Below, one piece after another: positions 6,908 to 16,008 of a stretch of DNA of 32,000 bases (position 1 is its first letter; every line of letters starts with the position of its first letter). The notes below the pieces were generated by a model that did no database searches, was not told the origin of the DNA, and saw only the letters and a list, made by a program, of their open reading frames with translations. Source of the DNA: an uncultured archaeon (GTDB lineage: Archaea; Asgardarchaeota; Thorarchaeia; Thorarchaeales; Thorarchaeaceae). The position numbers and the translations under genes were made by a program. The stretch is taken from assembly GCA_964354495.1 (NCBI GenBank), contig CAYHAA010000001.1, positions 517,049 to 549,048 of the forward strand, given 5' to 3'.

Positions 6908-9900
6908 ATGAACAACCTGAAGAAAAATTCGGTGTTGTTGTTGATTGTCATCATGACCCTTAGTATGGTGATGGTGCCATTCACACCAACGACACAAGTA
7001 AATCCGCAGGTTGCAACACCGCAGGTGTCAACTCCTGAGCAGGTCATGCAAGATCTGGATAAATATATCCAGGAGAGGAGTTTGACAGGCCCGCTGGACT
7101 CAGTTCTATCTGCCTATCTTGAGACAGGCACTTTCCCGAGCAGTGTCCCAAAGAACAATGCTGGAGCGATGGGAATTATCGTTACAGTTGAATCTGACAC
7201 TGACATGGCCGGTCTCGAAGAGATAATCGATGTCAACTGGAAGGTTGACCTTGGCGCTATGAAACTTGTAAGCGCATTTGTAGGCAGCACAGATAATGTA
7301 CTAGCTCTAGCAGACTTCGATGGTGTTGTGGCTGCATATGCGGACAGTCTTAAGACTGAAGTCACAACTGGCATAGAACCCAGACCAGTGACAACTGCAG
7401 ATACACCACACGATGAGGTACCAGATGCCTATGTAGTAGACGACTGGATCGGTGCAACTACAGTGAATCTTTTGGGATACGAGGGCGAAGGAATGAGAGT
7501 TGGAGTCATCGACACTGGTTCGGACTTCAGTATTCCCGACCTTGTAGACGCAGTCGACATCGGGGCTGATGGCATGCCAACAAGCTATGACCCAACAGGC
7601 TATGGCTTCGGTTGTCTGCTCTACAGAGTGAACGCCACAGCTGTGAATGCTACGACTTGGCTAGGCGCTTCATCATGGAACCTGCTGAGCTACCTGAAGG
7701 ATGGCAAGTACTATGTTGACTGGTCAAGCATGGGCGCAGCAGCAAACTACGTCAATGGTGGTGGTCCTCGTGTCAACAACCAAGGTGGTCTTGTGAACTT
7801 GGACTGGTGGACCTATGGTTACCTCGCCGCATGGTGGGGCAATGCATACCAGAACCAGGCAAACCTGACTGACTTCTATGAAACAGTCATGAGACAAGAC
7901 CAAGAGTTGCCAAACCCGAACACGACTATGAGCAGCCCACTCTCTGGTGGCGCTCGCTACTACACCATTGGGTACATTATGCAGCAGCGCAGCAATCCAT
8001 ACATGAAGATCTTTGCGACAGCAATCGTGCTTAACGGCACAACGATCGTCGTGGACTGGAACACAACTCGTGCTCACACTGACTTCTGGAACCTGAACAT
8101 CAACTATGGTGTCTGGGACTTCAATGACACAGCCGCATGGGACTACTACGAGGCAATGGGTGACTGGAGCTTCGTCGATGACCTTGAGGCTGGCAAGTAC
8201 TACAAGAAAGATGGTACTACAGAACACTCGGTTATGTATAATGACTGGCCAGATGGCCGGTTCGGATTGGGTGTACTGGCACACTGCTGGGAAATGAACA
8301 TCTTCGGACTTGGCATGATCAATGGCATTGGCCTCAGTGGTCGTGCAATTGGTATCATGTATGACGGCAACGCACACGGCACATTCGTTGCAGGTCAGAT
8401 TGCAAGCCGAGGCTTAACAGACTACCCAGTTGGCTTGAACGGAACACTCCAGAGACTAGTTGGTGTTGCTCCGCAAGCGACTCTCATGGGAGTCATGGCA
8501 ATTGGCATTTCCAATGAGTTCAACTCCATGTTCTACGCAGCTGGATTCGACTTCGACGGAAGTTACTTCTCGTGGAACAATGAGAGCGCTCACCAGATGC
8601 AGATCACAAGCAACTCTTGGGGCTGGTCTGGCAACCAGGACAACGAGCTATGGGCTATCTATTCGCTCATCTATGCAGCTATTGCCACACCTGGATACTT
8701 CGATGAAGACTATCCTGGTATGGTCCAATGCTTCTCGTCCGGCAACTCAGGTCCGGGCTATGCAACAGTCGGTGCTCCTGGAGCTGCTCAACTCATCCAC
8801 GTTGGTGCAACAACCAGCTACCATACCTTCGAGAGCTCGTATGGGCCCGACCAAGGCTTTGACCAGTTGGCCAGCTTCTCATCGCGAGGACCTATGATTC
8901 TTGGCTATCCCAAGCCTGACATCGTTGCTCCAGGGAACAACGTCTTCGGACTATTCCTTCACTATGACAGGATATTCCTAGGCATCAATGACGATACGGC
9001 TATCTACGGTGGTACATCAATGGCCTGTCCTCTTGCTGCTGGTGCAGCGGCACTGATGATAGAGGCATACAATGTTACCAACGGAGTAATGCCACGTCCT
9101 GACTACATCAAGACGGTAATGCAGAGCACTGCGGTGGATCTTGGAATGGATCCTCTGGCTCAAGGTAACGGTCGCCTGGATGTTGCGGCTGCTGTCGATT
9201 ACATCCTAGGCAACGATGGTGTGAGATGGCACAACACAGACTCGAACGCCAATTGGGGTATCGAGTACGGCGATGCTTGGGCATACCAGATGAACCCATA
9301 CGACGGTGACGCATTCATCAATGACACAGTACCGGCAAACTATGCTGACATGAACCTCTACTTCGGCACTGTTGCGCCTGGTGGCACGGTCAGTATGACC
9401 TTCCACGGAACGCATGCCGACGGTTCTCCAGTTACATTTGCCGAATACACTTGGGCTCCGACATACTTCGAGTTCGATCAGCTCATTCAGTTCACATACC
9501 AAACATCCATCTACAACGAGTCGACCTCTACGGGTTCGCCTTCAACTAAAGCTGGATGGTTCGAGTTTGCTGATGTTATGGACTCCTCTCAACTGAGCGA
9601 TTTCATGAACGCGAAATATGTCACAATCCACATCTCTGGCGAGGAGGCGGTCTTCTATGACGATAGCATGTGGGCCTTCGTCTTCGACTGGGATGACACC
9701 AACGTGACAAATGGCGTACCCGACTACTACAACCCGACCACTGGGCAGGGTGATGAACTCACCAGATGGCAGTATGGCGGTGGTACAGCACAGAACATCA
9801 AGATGGATCTATGCCATCCCGATGGCATTGGAAACCTCTTCCCGAACACGGGTATCGTCATGGTCCATGATGACAACATCTGGAGTTGGCCCTACACTGG

Positions 9901-11728
9901 CGGCAACCTCCTTGATGTGAAAATAGTCCTATGGACCGAGGTGCCTGACGCTCAGATAGCACTCGGCATTAATCCTGCTGGCGGCATCTTTGCGAACCTG
10001 ACAGTCGCTGCCACGACAGACTATGGTATCCACCAAGGATACATTGTCGTGTACGAAGGTCCTGAGTTTGTGGACAGTATTCCATACACCTTCGACGTCG
10101 TTGCTGAACTAGCAACACACGATGGTTCAGGTGTGGAGCTTGCTAACGGAGCAGGTGATGTGTGGACTCCATACGATCCCGCTCGCGTCAACGCAGGTTG
10201 GGACACCTACTACGAGTCATGTGACTATGGTTCATACATAGTCGACATAACCGATGTTGCAGTGAGGAATGTTGTTGTCAGAGTAGAATGGACTAACCCA
10301 AGTACAGATATTGACGTAGCCCTCTTTGATATCTCAGGACTCAGCTTTGGTAGCACCGCAGGTGCAGACAAGGCTACTGAAACTTCATCCGTGGCTATAG
10401 TTGCAGTAACTGAACCAATGCGGTTAATCATCTACACCATTGTGAACTGGCTTGAAGGACCATTGCCTGAGAACTATGTTGTGACCATCTATGGCTACGA
10501 CGAGAACCTACCCTCGCCTGAGCTGCAGCTGACCTACTACTCGAGAGACGTGCCAACAAAGACACCTATCTCTGGTGGCGGCACTGCTGCTGGTGACCAC
10601 GTCATACTGAACGCAACTTGGACCTATCCTGCGGTCGGTGGTATCCCGGAGTTCATAGTGACTACCACAGAGATCAAAGTACTATATGGTGCGCTATTTG
10701 ATTCTGGTGATCAGCCACTTACGAACAACTTGGGAACCAATCCATTCAGCGGTACAATCAACCCTGATGCATTCGCTTGGGAGACCGTCCCAGTTGGTAT
10801 AGGTGATGTTGCACGAGTTGTCGTCGACTTCACGAACGGTGACTGTGACATCATGGCTTGGTACTCGACAACAGATATGGGTTCCAGGACATATGCCAAC
10901 AACCTCTTGGGCGCTCAGATGGCCACAGGAGCTCATCCTGAAGTTGGCTCCTTCACTGTGACTCAGACAGGCAATGTGGAGTTTGGTATCTTTAACTACG
11001 ACAACGCAGCAGGTACATACCGATTGACAGTTGACACCCGACTTGGTCTCGAACCAGATCGTGTGGATACTGACACAATCGAGATCGATACCTACTACCT
11101 CATGGCGAACGCTACCTACTCAGTCCTCATTGACAGTGATACTGGTACGAATATACACTACATGCTGGAGATACCCGATATCTTCATCGGTAACTTCTTC
11201 GCGCCAGTGGTGACTGTTGATGTGCCTGATGAGATCAGCACCAACTACTTCAACATCACATGGTCCTCCTATGACAGGAATGCGGATGACGTGAACTACT
11301 ACGCGCTCTTCTTGAGCAACGATAACGGTGAGTCGTACCAACTGATACAGCAGAATGGTACCCAGCCATTCTACTTGTGGAATGCGTCTGGTTGGGCCGA
11401 GGACACCTACAAGGTCAAGGTCCGTGCCTATAGCCTCGACTTCACGAACTTCACAGCCTTAGGCTTTGACGATGGAGTCTTGTGTGGAGTGGACAACCCA
11501 CCCACGAGCTACTGGCCCGGTGACTTTGCTGATGGCTTCTCTGCTTCATTCGATGCAGGAGATGTCCCACCAGTGACCACACCAACGACTACAACAACGA
11601 CCACAACCACAACCACAACAACCACACCGCCATCCGGCGGCATTGACCCATTGTTGATTGGCTTAGTTGGCGGTATTGGAGTAGGTGTTGTCATCATCCT
11701 CATCCTCTTCCTGATCAGGAAGAAGTAG
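6908..11728 (+). CDS. Large pyrolysin-like S8 serine protease, cell-surface anchored
   Basis: Signal peptide after MNNLKKN and GAGGAG RBS at 6892-6897. Triad VGVIDTG (Asp codon 7511), NAHGTFVAG (His codon 8375) and GGTSMACP (Ser codon 9017); FSSRGP and KPDIVAPG motifs. Beta-rich C-terminal domains, a Thr-rich linker, a TM helix and an RKK tail. Many N-x-S/T sequons. Confidence 0.93.
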   Translation: MNNLKKNSVLLLIVIMTLSMVMVPFTPTTQVNPQVATPQVSTPEQVMQDLDKYIQERSLTGPLDSVLSAYLETGTFPSSVPKNNAGAMGIIVTVESDTDMAGLEEIIDVNWKVDLGAMKLVSAFVGSTDNVLALADFDGVVAAYADSLKTEVTTGIEPRPVTTADTPHDEVPDAYVVDDWIGATTVNLLGYEGEGMRVGVIDTGSDFSIPDLVDAVDIGADGMPTSYDPTGYGFGCLLYRVNATAVNATTWLGASSWNLLSYLKDGKYYVDWSSMGAAANYVNGGGPRVNNQGGLVNLDWWTYGYLAAWWGNAYQNQANLTDFYETVMRQDQELPNPNTTMSSPLSGGARYYTIGYIMQQRSNPYMKIFATAIVLNGTTIVVDWNTTRAHTDFWNLNINYGVWDFNDTAAWDYYEAMGDWSFVDDLEAGKYYKKDGTTEHSVMYNDWPDGRFGLGVLAHCWEMNIFGLGMINGIGLSGRAIGIMYDGNAHGTFVAGQIASRGLTDYPVGLNGTLQRLVGVAPQATLMGVMAIGISNEFNSMFYAAGFDFDGSYFSWNNESAHQMQITSNSWGWSGNQDNELWAIYSLIYAAIATPGYFDEDYPGMVQCFSSGNSGPGYATVGAPGAAQLIHVGATTSYHTFESSYGPDQGFDQLASFSSRGPMILGYPKPDIVAPGNNVFGLFLHYDRIFLGINDDTAIYGGTSMACPLAAGAAALMIEAYNVTNGVMPRPDYIKTVMQSTAVDLGMDPLAQGNGRLDVAAAVDYILGNDGVRWHNTDSNANWGIEYGDAWAYQMNPYDGDAFINDTVPANYADMNLYFGTVAPGGTVSMTFHGTHADGSPVTFAEYTWAPTYFEFDQLIQFTYQTSIYNESTSTGSPSTKAGWFEFADVMDSSQLSDFMNAKYVTIHISGEEAVFYDDSMWAFVFDWDDTNVTNGVPDYYNPTTGQGDELTRWQYGGGTAQNIKMDLCHPDGIGNLFPNTGIVMVHDDNIWSWPYTGGNLLDVKIVLWTEVPDAQIALGINPAGGIFANLTVAATTDYGIHQGYIVVYEGPEFVDSIPYTFDVVAELATHDGSGVELANGAGDVWTPYDPARVNAGWDTYYESCDYGSYIVDITDVAVRNVVVRVEWTNPSTDIDVALFDISGLSFGSTAGADKATETSSVAIVAVTEPMRLIIYTIVNWLEGPLPENYVVTIYGYDENLPSPELQLTYYSRDVPTKTPISGGGTAAGDHVILNATWTYPAVGGIPEFIVTTTEIKVLYGALFDSGDQPLTNNLGTNPFSGTINPDAFAWETVPVGIGDVARVVVDFTNGDCDIMAWYSTTDMGSRTYANNLLGAQMATGAHPEVGSFTVTQTGNVEFGIFNYDNAAGTYRLTVDTRLGLEPDRVDTDTIEIDTYYLMANATYSVLIDSDTGTNIHYMLEIPDIFIGNFFAPVVTVDVPDEISTNYFNITWSSYDRNADDVNYYALFLSNDNGESYQLIQQNGTQPFYLWNASGWAEDTYKVKVRAYSLDFTNFTALGFDDGVLCGVDNPPTSYWPGDFADGFSASFDAGDVPPVTTPTTTTTTTTTTTTTTPPSGGIDPLLIGLVGGIGVGVVIILILFLIRKK
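11576..11626 (+). repeat. Poly-threonine linker (ACN codon repeat)
   Basis: TTP followed by 14 consecutive Thr codons using ACG, ACT, ACA and ACC. Confidence 0.9.
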
Positions 11729-11753
11729 GTCGACTGACATAGCCTTAGTATAA

Positions 11754-11785
11754 AGGGGGCTACTGCCCCCTCCCCCTTCTTTTTT
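11754..11785 (+). terminator. GC hairpin followed by a pyrimidine/T tract after the protease stop
   Basis: AGGGGGC-TACT-GCCCCCT stem-loop, then CCCCCTTCTTTTTT, 26 nt after the stop codon. Confidence 0.6.
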
Positions 11786-11891
11786 GTTTCAATACCAGTG
11801 AGTGAGGAACAGGTCAATGAATATACTAGGAAACAGCTCGCACTTGAACTGGGCTCGGTCTGACTGAGTCTATTAGGAATGTGGCTGCAAT

Positions 11892-12422
11892 CTAGAATGA
11901 CTCGTGGATGACGACTTCTTTCATTGCCCTTCGAACAGGCTTGAGTGGTATCTTTCCCATCGCCCTTCCTACTGGAATGATAGCTACTGGACGCATTGCC
12001 ATAGGAATGCTTAGTGCACTCACAACTAGCTCCTCGTTAAAGGCACCAATCCAGCAAGTGCTATAGCCCAGAAGATGCGCCGCCAAGAGCAGGTTCTCTA
12101 CCAGTGCAGCAGTATCTTGGATTGCGTATAGCTCGCGTCCTCTCTCACCATATCTCTCAGCTGACTCCTGTGGAACAGCGCATACAACGAGGACAATTGG
12201 CGCCTGTGCAAGGAAAGTCTGACCGCCGGCTGCTGCCGCTAGCTGTTCTTTCATCTCTTGACGCTTCACTAGTATTACTCTCCATGGCTGTCTATTTCCA
12301 GCACTTGGAGCGCTGAAGCCAGCCATGAGAATCTCTTCAATGTCTGCATCTGGGAGTGGCTCATTTGAATATCTCCTGATTGACCGCCTCTCCTGAATTC
12401 TCTTCAAACAACTGTCACTCAT
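11892..12422 (-). CDS. Nitroreductase family protein
   Basis: RRSIRRY, APSAGNRQPW and GYSTCWIGAF motifs. Abuts the upstream dehydrogenase with a 0-nt gap. Confidence 0.93.
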   Translation of the reverse strand: MSDSCLKRIQERRSIRRYSNEPLPDADIEEILMAGFSAPSAGNRQPWRVILVKRQEMKEQLAAAAGGQTFLAQAPIVLVVCAVPQESAERYGERGRELYAIQDTAALVENLLLAAHLLGYSTCWIGAFNEELVVSALSIPMAMRPVAIIPVGRAMGKIPLKPVRRAMKEVVIHESF

Positions 12423-13412
12423 TCATAGCACCTCTGGATTAACGATGTTTGGAGGCCGCGCACCCGATAGGGCAGCTCGAAGATTCTCTGCACACATCTT
12501 TGCCATGGTGGACCTTGTCCGAGTGCTTGCGCTTCCAATGTGTGGAAGCAGAACAACATTCTCCAGCTCAAGCAGTGGACTATCCATCCTGATTGGCTCT
12601 TCGGCAAAGACATCGAGACCTGCTGCTGCAAGACGTTTTGAACGAAGTGCTTGGTATAGCGCCTCTTCATCTACCACCGGGCCTCTTGATGTATTCACTA
12701 GGATTGCATTTGGCTTCATTTTTGCGAGTTCAGTCTTGCCAATGAGATGTTTCGTTTCGGGCGTAAGGGGCACATGAAGAGTCACAATGTCTGAGTTTCG
12801 AAGAAGAGTGTCCATGTCAACACTGTGTGCACCTAGGTTCTCCTGCAAGCCCTTGTCTGCCTCCGTGGGAAGTGATGAATATAGAATCTTCATGTCAAAT
12901 CCGCATGCGCGTCTGGCAACAGCGGTTCCAATTCTGCCAAGTCCTATGATGCCTAGAGTGGCTCCATGGATGTCCGAACCAAGTAGGAGTTCTGGACCCC
13001 AAGCAACCCTCCAGTCGCCCCTCCGGACGTACCTATCTGCTTCAACGATTCTTCTTGATGCTGCCATGATCAATGCCCAAGTCAAGTCCGCTGTCGTTTC
13101 GGTTAGAACTCCGGGTGTGTTGGTCACGATGATTCCTCTCTTTGTGGCAAACTTGAGGTCGATATTATCGTAGCCCACAGCATACTGTGCTATCACCCGC
13201 AAATCCGGTAGCCGCTCAATGACATCTGCACTGATCGGGTCCGACAGGAGGGTCACCATACCATCACACCCTTTTCCATTCTCGATTATCTGTTCCTTTG
13301 ATGGAGGCATCTCACCTTGCCATACTGAAGCATCGTAATCTCGTCTGATTATCTTCAGTCCATCATTCGGTATCCTTCTGGTCACGAAGACGCGTTTCTT
13401 CAATTGCTGCAC
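12423..13412 (-). CDS. gyaR: Glyoxylate reductase / D-2-hydroxyacid dehydrogenase
   Basis: VFVTRRIP, YAVGYDNID, TNTPGVLTETTAD, GIIGLGRIG, LVNTSRGPVVDE and PHIGSA motifs. Confidence 0.9.
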   Translation of the reverse strand: MQQLKKRVFVTRRIPNDGLKIIRRDYDASVWQGEMPPSKEQIIENGKGCDGMVTLLSDPISADVIERLPDLRVIAQYAVGYDNIDLKFATKRGIIVTNTPGVLTETTADLTWALIMAASRRIVEADRYVRRGDWRVAWGPELLLGSDIHGATLGIIGLGRIGTAVARRACGFDMKILYSSLPTEADKGLQENLGAHSVDMDTLLRNSDIVTLHVPLTPETKHLIGKTELAKMKPNAILVNTSRGPVVDEEALYQALRSKRLAAAGLDVFAEEPIRMDSPLLELENVVLLPHIGSASTRTRSTMAKMCAENLRAALSGARPPNIVNPEVL

Positions 13413-13565
13413 CGACTCCTGTTGAGCGATTTATCATTATACTGTTCTGCTTCTTTAATGCTGCTGTGTAAACGAGGAACTCTCTGAAGATACTGACAAG
13501 AATGCTTGGACCCTGCATCTTATATTCAAAGGTTGTTGATGCCCCCATGTGGTTGTGAGTCTGCA

Positions 13566-13877
13566 ATGCCCGCCGAACTACCAAACAGCGCACTGATGGT
13601 TCTAAGCAGTCTTACCTCCGACGGCCCCATGACTCCCAAGACAATCATAAGTCGCATTGATCTGCCAGCCCGCACAATAACGTTTGCTCTTCATGTACTC
13701 CTTGAAGAGAAGATAGTTCGAAGAGTGCCCAACTTGTTTGACATGCGCCAACCCTACTATCACGTCGATACTGAGCGGATCAGGGAGCTGCAACTCGCCT
13801 TCAAGGTCGACCGCGTGACCCGTTTACAGACCGAGATACGCCAGGGCAGTCATCAGGGAAGCACATTCAACAGATAA
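13566..13877 (+). CDS. Small winged-helix (MarR/TrmB-like) DNA-binding protein, paralog 1
   Basis: GPMTPKTIISRIDLPARTITFALHVL helix-turn-helix with wing PNLFDMRQPYY. Start placed at ATG 13566 by alignment with the paralog. Confidence 0.85.
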   Translation: MPAELPNSALMVLSSLTSDGPMTPKTIISRIDLPARTITFALHVLLEEKIVRRVPNLFDMRQPYYHVDTERIRELQLAFKVDRVTRLQTEIRQGSHQGSTFNR

Positions 13878-13898
13878 TGATCTGTACTTCCGAAAAGG

Positions 13899-13927
13899 AT
13901 ATTATGCAATATTGAGTAAGCACTCAA
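13899..13927. promoter_or_regulatory. Two adjacent inverted repeats upstream of wHTH paralog 2
   Basis: ATATT-ATGC-AATAT (13899-13912) and TTGAGT-AAGC-ACTCAA (13912-13927). Confidence 0.4.
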
Positions 13928-14029
13928 AAGTGGGCCATAATGCTGTGACCTTATCTCTTATATTGCTATCAACGCAAATGCAACACGGGGACAGAAAGAC
14001 CCGATTAGTTTAGGGATGGTACAGAGCAG

Positions 14030-14296
14030 ATGTCTATTGAACTTCCTCGTAGTGCAATCATTGTTTTGGACCGTCTGACCTCACAAGGACCAATGACTCC
14101 AAAAGCCATCAGCAGCATGGTGGATCTGGCTCCTCGGACAGTTAGTTTTGCGCTCAGGAAACTCATGGGTCAGAGACTCTGCAGGAAGATACCCAATCTC
14201 AATGACATGAGACAACCCCTCTATGCCGCTGATATGGAGCGCGCGAGAGAACTCAGGGCAAGATTCGAGCACGTCTTCAGGCAAGTGCTGGTATGA
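14030..14296 (+). CDS. Small winged-helix DNA-binding protein, paralog 2
   Basis: Collinear with paralog 1: ELPxSA, GPMTPK, DLxxRT, FAL and PNLxDMRQP. Confidence 0.88.
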   Translation: MSIELPRSAIIVLDRLTSQGPMTPKAISSMVDLAPRTVSFALRKLMGQRLCRKIPNLNDMRQPLYAADMERARELRARFEHVFRQVLV

Positions 14297-14426
14297 GCAG
14301 TACAGGGCTTTTTCCCGCAAGGACACCTCCTTTCAAAGCCTTCTATCAACATATTCAAAGTAGAACTGACAAGTGATGACTAGGTTAATATTCCGACGCT
14401 TCAAGCGCAGTCGCGAGTGACTACTG

Positions 14427-14612
14427 ATGGCACACGAGGGACTCGTCCTGTTCATGATTGCCCTGGGCATGCTCCTCCTGTTGGGATTCTATCTTGGACC
14501 GAACAGAGAAACAAGGCTTGTTAAGCGAAATGAGGGGAGAATCATGCTCGTCCCCTCCGCGCTGATCATGTTTGCCCTCGCAATTATTGTATTCAGTGGC
14601 GTGCTGGGCTAG
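14427..14612 (+). CDS. Small two-TM membrane protein (61 aa)
   Basis: Two hydrophobic helices separated by a basic loop (PNRETRLVKRNEGR). Fills the gap with no overlap. Confidence 0.7.
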   Translation: MAHEGLVLFMIALGMLLLLGFYLGPNRETRLVKRNEGRIMLVPSALIMFALAIIVFSGVLG

Positions 14613-14614
14613 TT

Positions 14615-15580
14615 CTATGGATACGCAAGACTGACAAGTTTACAGAAGACAGCAGCAGATACGATGTCTGCTGTTGTTCCAGGATTAAGCAAGTTCCCCT
14701 CTTCCCGCAGGGTGTCATCTAGCCTGACCATTAGCTCCACAGGTTCGCTCACATCAGACCAATTCTGCATTGTCTTCTCAGCCAGACTTCGGACCTCTTC
14801 TGCTCGTGCTCTTCCAGCTTTCTTGATAATCAGTCCATCGGGTCGCTTTGATAGGAGCCAGACAAAGGAACGAACAATAGCTTCTTCCAAGTCATCCAGA
14901 GATTGAGATATTTCAGTAATGAATGGATAGGCCTCTCCCAGAACTAATCCGAAATTGCTGGTCCACTCTCGACTTATCTCGTCAATGTCTGAGGACAGGC
15001 TGAAGAGGTCCACAAGCTTGAGGCCATCCATCATGACATTATCAATTGCAGCAGGATTGTCAAAATCGTATCTCCTATGGATGTCAGACCATTCAGGATC
15101 CTCCTTTATCCTGCGACCACCTGGTGTAGAGCGGGCGAAGGCTCGGTACAGTCCAATAGTATCTTCTACTGTCGTTCCCTCGATGACTCTTCGAAGCCAA
15201 TTCCGCACATTTCCTGTTGAGAAGTGTTTGTCCTCAATCAGGCTTGCAGCCATAGCCACTGTCAGAGGCACGTACAGAAGAATAGAGCCAAGGATTGTAT
15301 TCCTCTCATTGAGACCGGTCAATGATTCCGATACGCAGGTTTCAATGAGTCCGCCCAGACCAGCTTCCTCTGGAGTCAACTTGTGTTTTCCGATTCTGAC
15401 ACCCCTTGAGGCGCACATATGGAGTCCTCTGGACATCATTGAAGCACTAGCAAGAAAGTGCCTGTATTCAGTATCTGAGAAGCGTGCACTTCGATTCACA
15501 TTTCCAGGTTTTGGGGCACTTGCTTCAAGGAGCAACGAAAGCTGACCGAGTTCTGCCAATCTCCAAGTGATGTCGCTCAT
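14615..15580 (-). CDS. CitG family (triphosphoribosyl-dephospho-CoA synthase-like) protein, archaeal type
   Basis: LLEASAPKPGNV at the N-terminus, NTILG, and LNPGTTADIVSAA at the C-terminus. Confidence 0.87.
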   Translation of the reverse strand: MSDITWRLAELGQLSLLLEASAPKPGNVNRSARFSDTEYRHFLASASMMSRGLHMCASRGVRIGKHKLTPEEAGLGGLIETCVSESLTGLNERNTILGSILLYVPLTVAMAASLIEDKHFSTGNVRNWLRRVIEGTTVEDTIGLYRAFARSTPGGRRIKEDPEWSDIHRRYDFDNPAAIDNVMMDGLKLVDLFSLSSDIDEISREWTSNFGLVLGEAYPFITEISQSLDDLEEAIVRSFVWLLSKRPDGLIIKKAGRARAEEVRSLAEKTMQNWSDVSEPVELMVRLDDTLREEGNLLNPGTTADIVSAAVFCKLVSLAYP

Positions 15581-15678
15581 TGGGGTGGCATAATATCATA
15601 CTCCGTTTAAGATTCTCGGTGGCCCCCATATGGAATAAGTGTAAATAGAAGATTACAGCAAATCCGCATGGTTGTATA

Positions 15679-16008
15679 ATGAGCCTCCCTGCCCGTATCT
15701 CATTTGCGCAAATTGGCATTCTAGTGTCCATCATTGTCTACATTGCAGTAAGGGGAATCTTCGCAATGATCAATTTTGGTCTACTATGGACTCAATTCGG
15801 CGGGTGGTTGGCCATCATACTGCCCTTGCCGCCTGTGATCGTTTTGGGCCTTACAGCCTGTGTTGTTTCATATGCGTTCACATACCTAGGTCTCTGGATG
15901 ATGGACAGTGACTACTACATCTTAGGGGCGATTACAATAATCCTTTCTGTAATCGTCATCCCTGGGGGGCTGGGCACGTACAGTTGGTTCGGATTCACGG
16001 TCGGTTAG
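15679..16008 (+). CDS. Small multi-pass membrane protein (109 aa)
   Basis: Three to four hydrophobic segments. Divergent from the CitG gene and convergent with the sirtuin (4-nt overlap). Confidence 0.65.
   Translation: MSLPARISFAQIGILVSIIVYIAVRGIFAMINFGLLWTQFGGWLAIILPLPPVIVLGLTACVVSYAFTYLGLWMMDSDYYILGAITIILSVIVIPGGLGTYSWFGFTVG

Noticed and set aside
14373-14427. Possible box C/D sRNA (GTGATGA ... CTGA, 55 nt apart)
   Set aside because: There is no convincing internal C' box or terminal stem, and the D box overlaps the next start codon.
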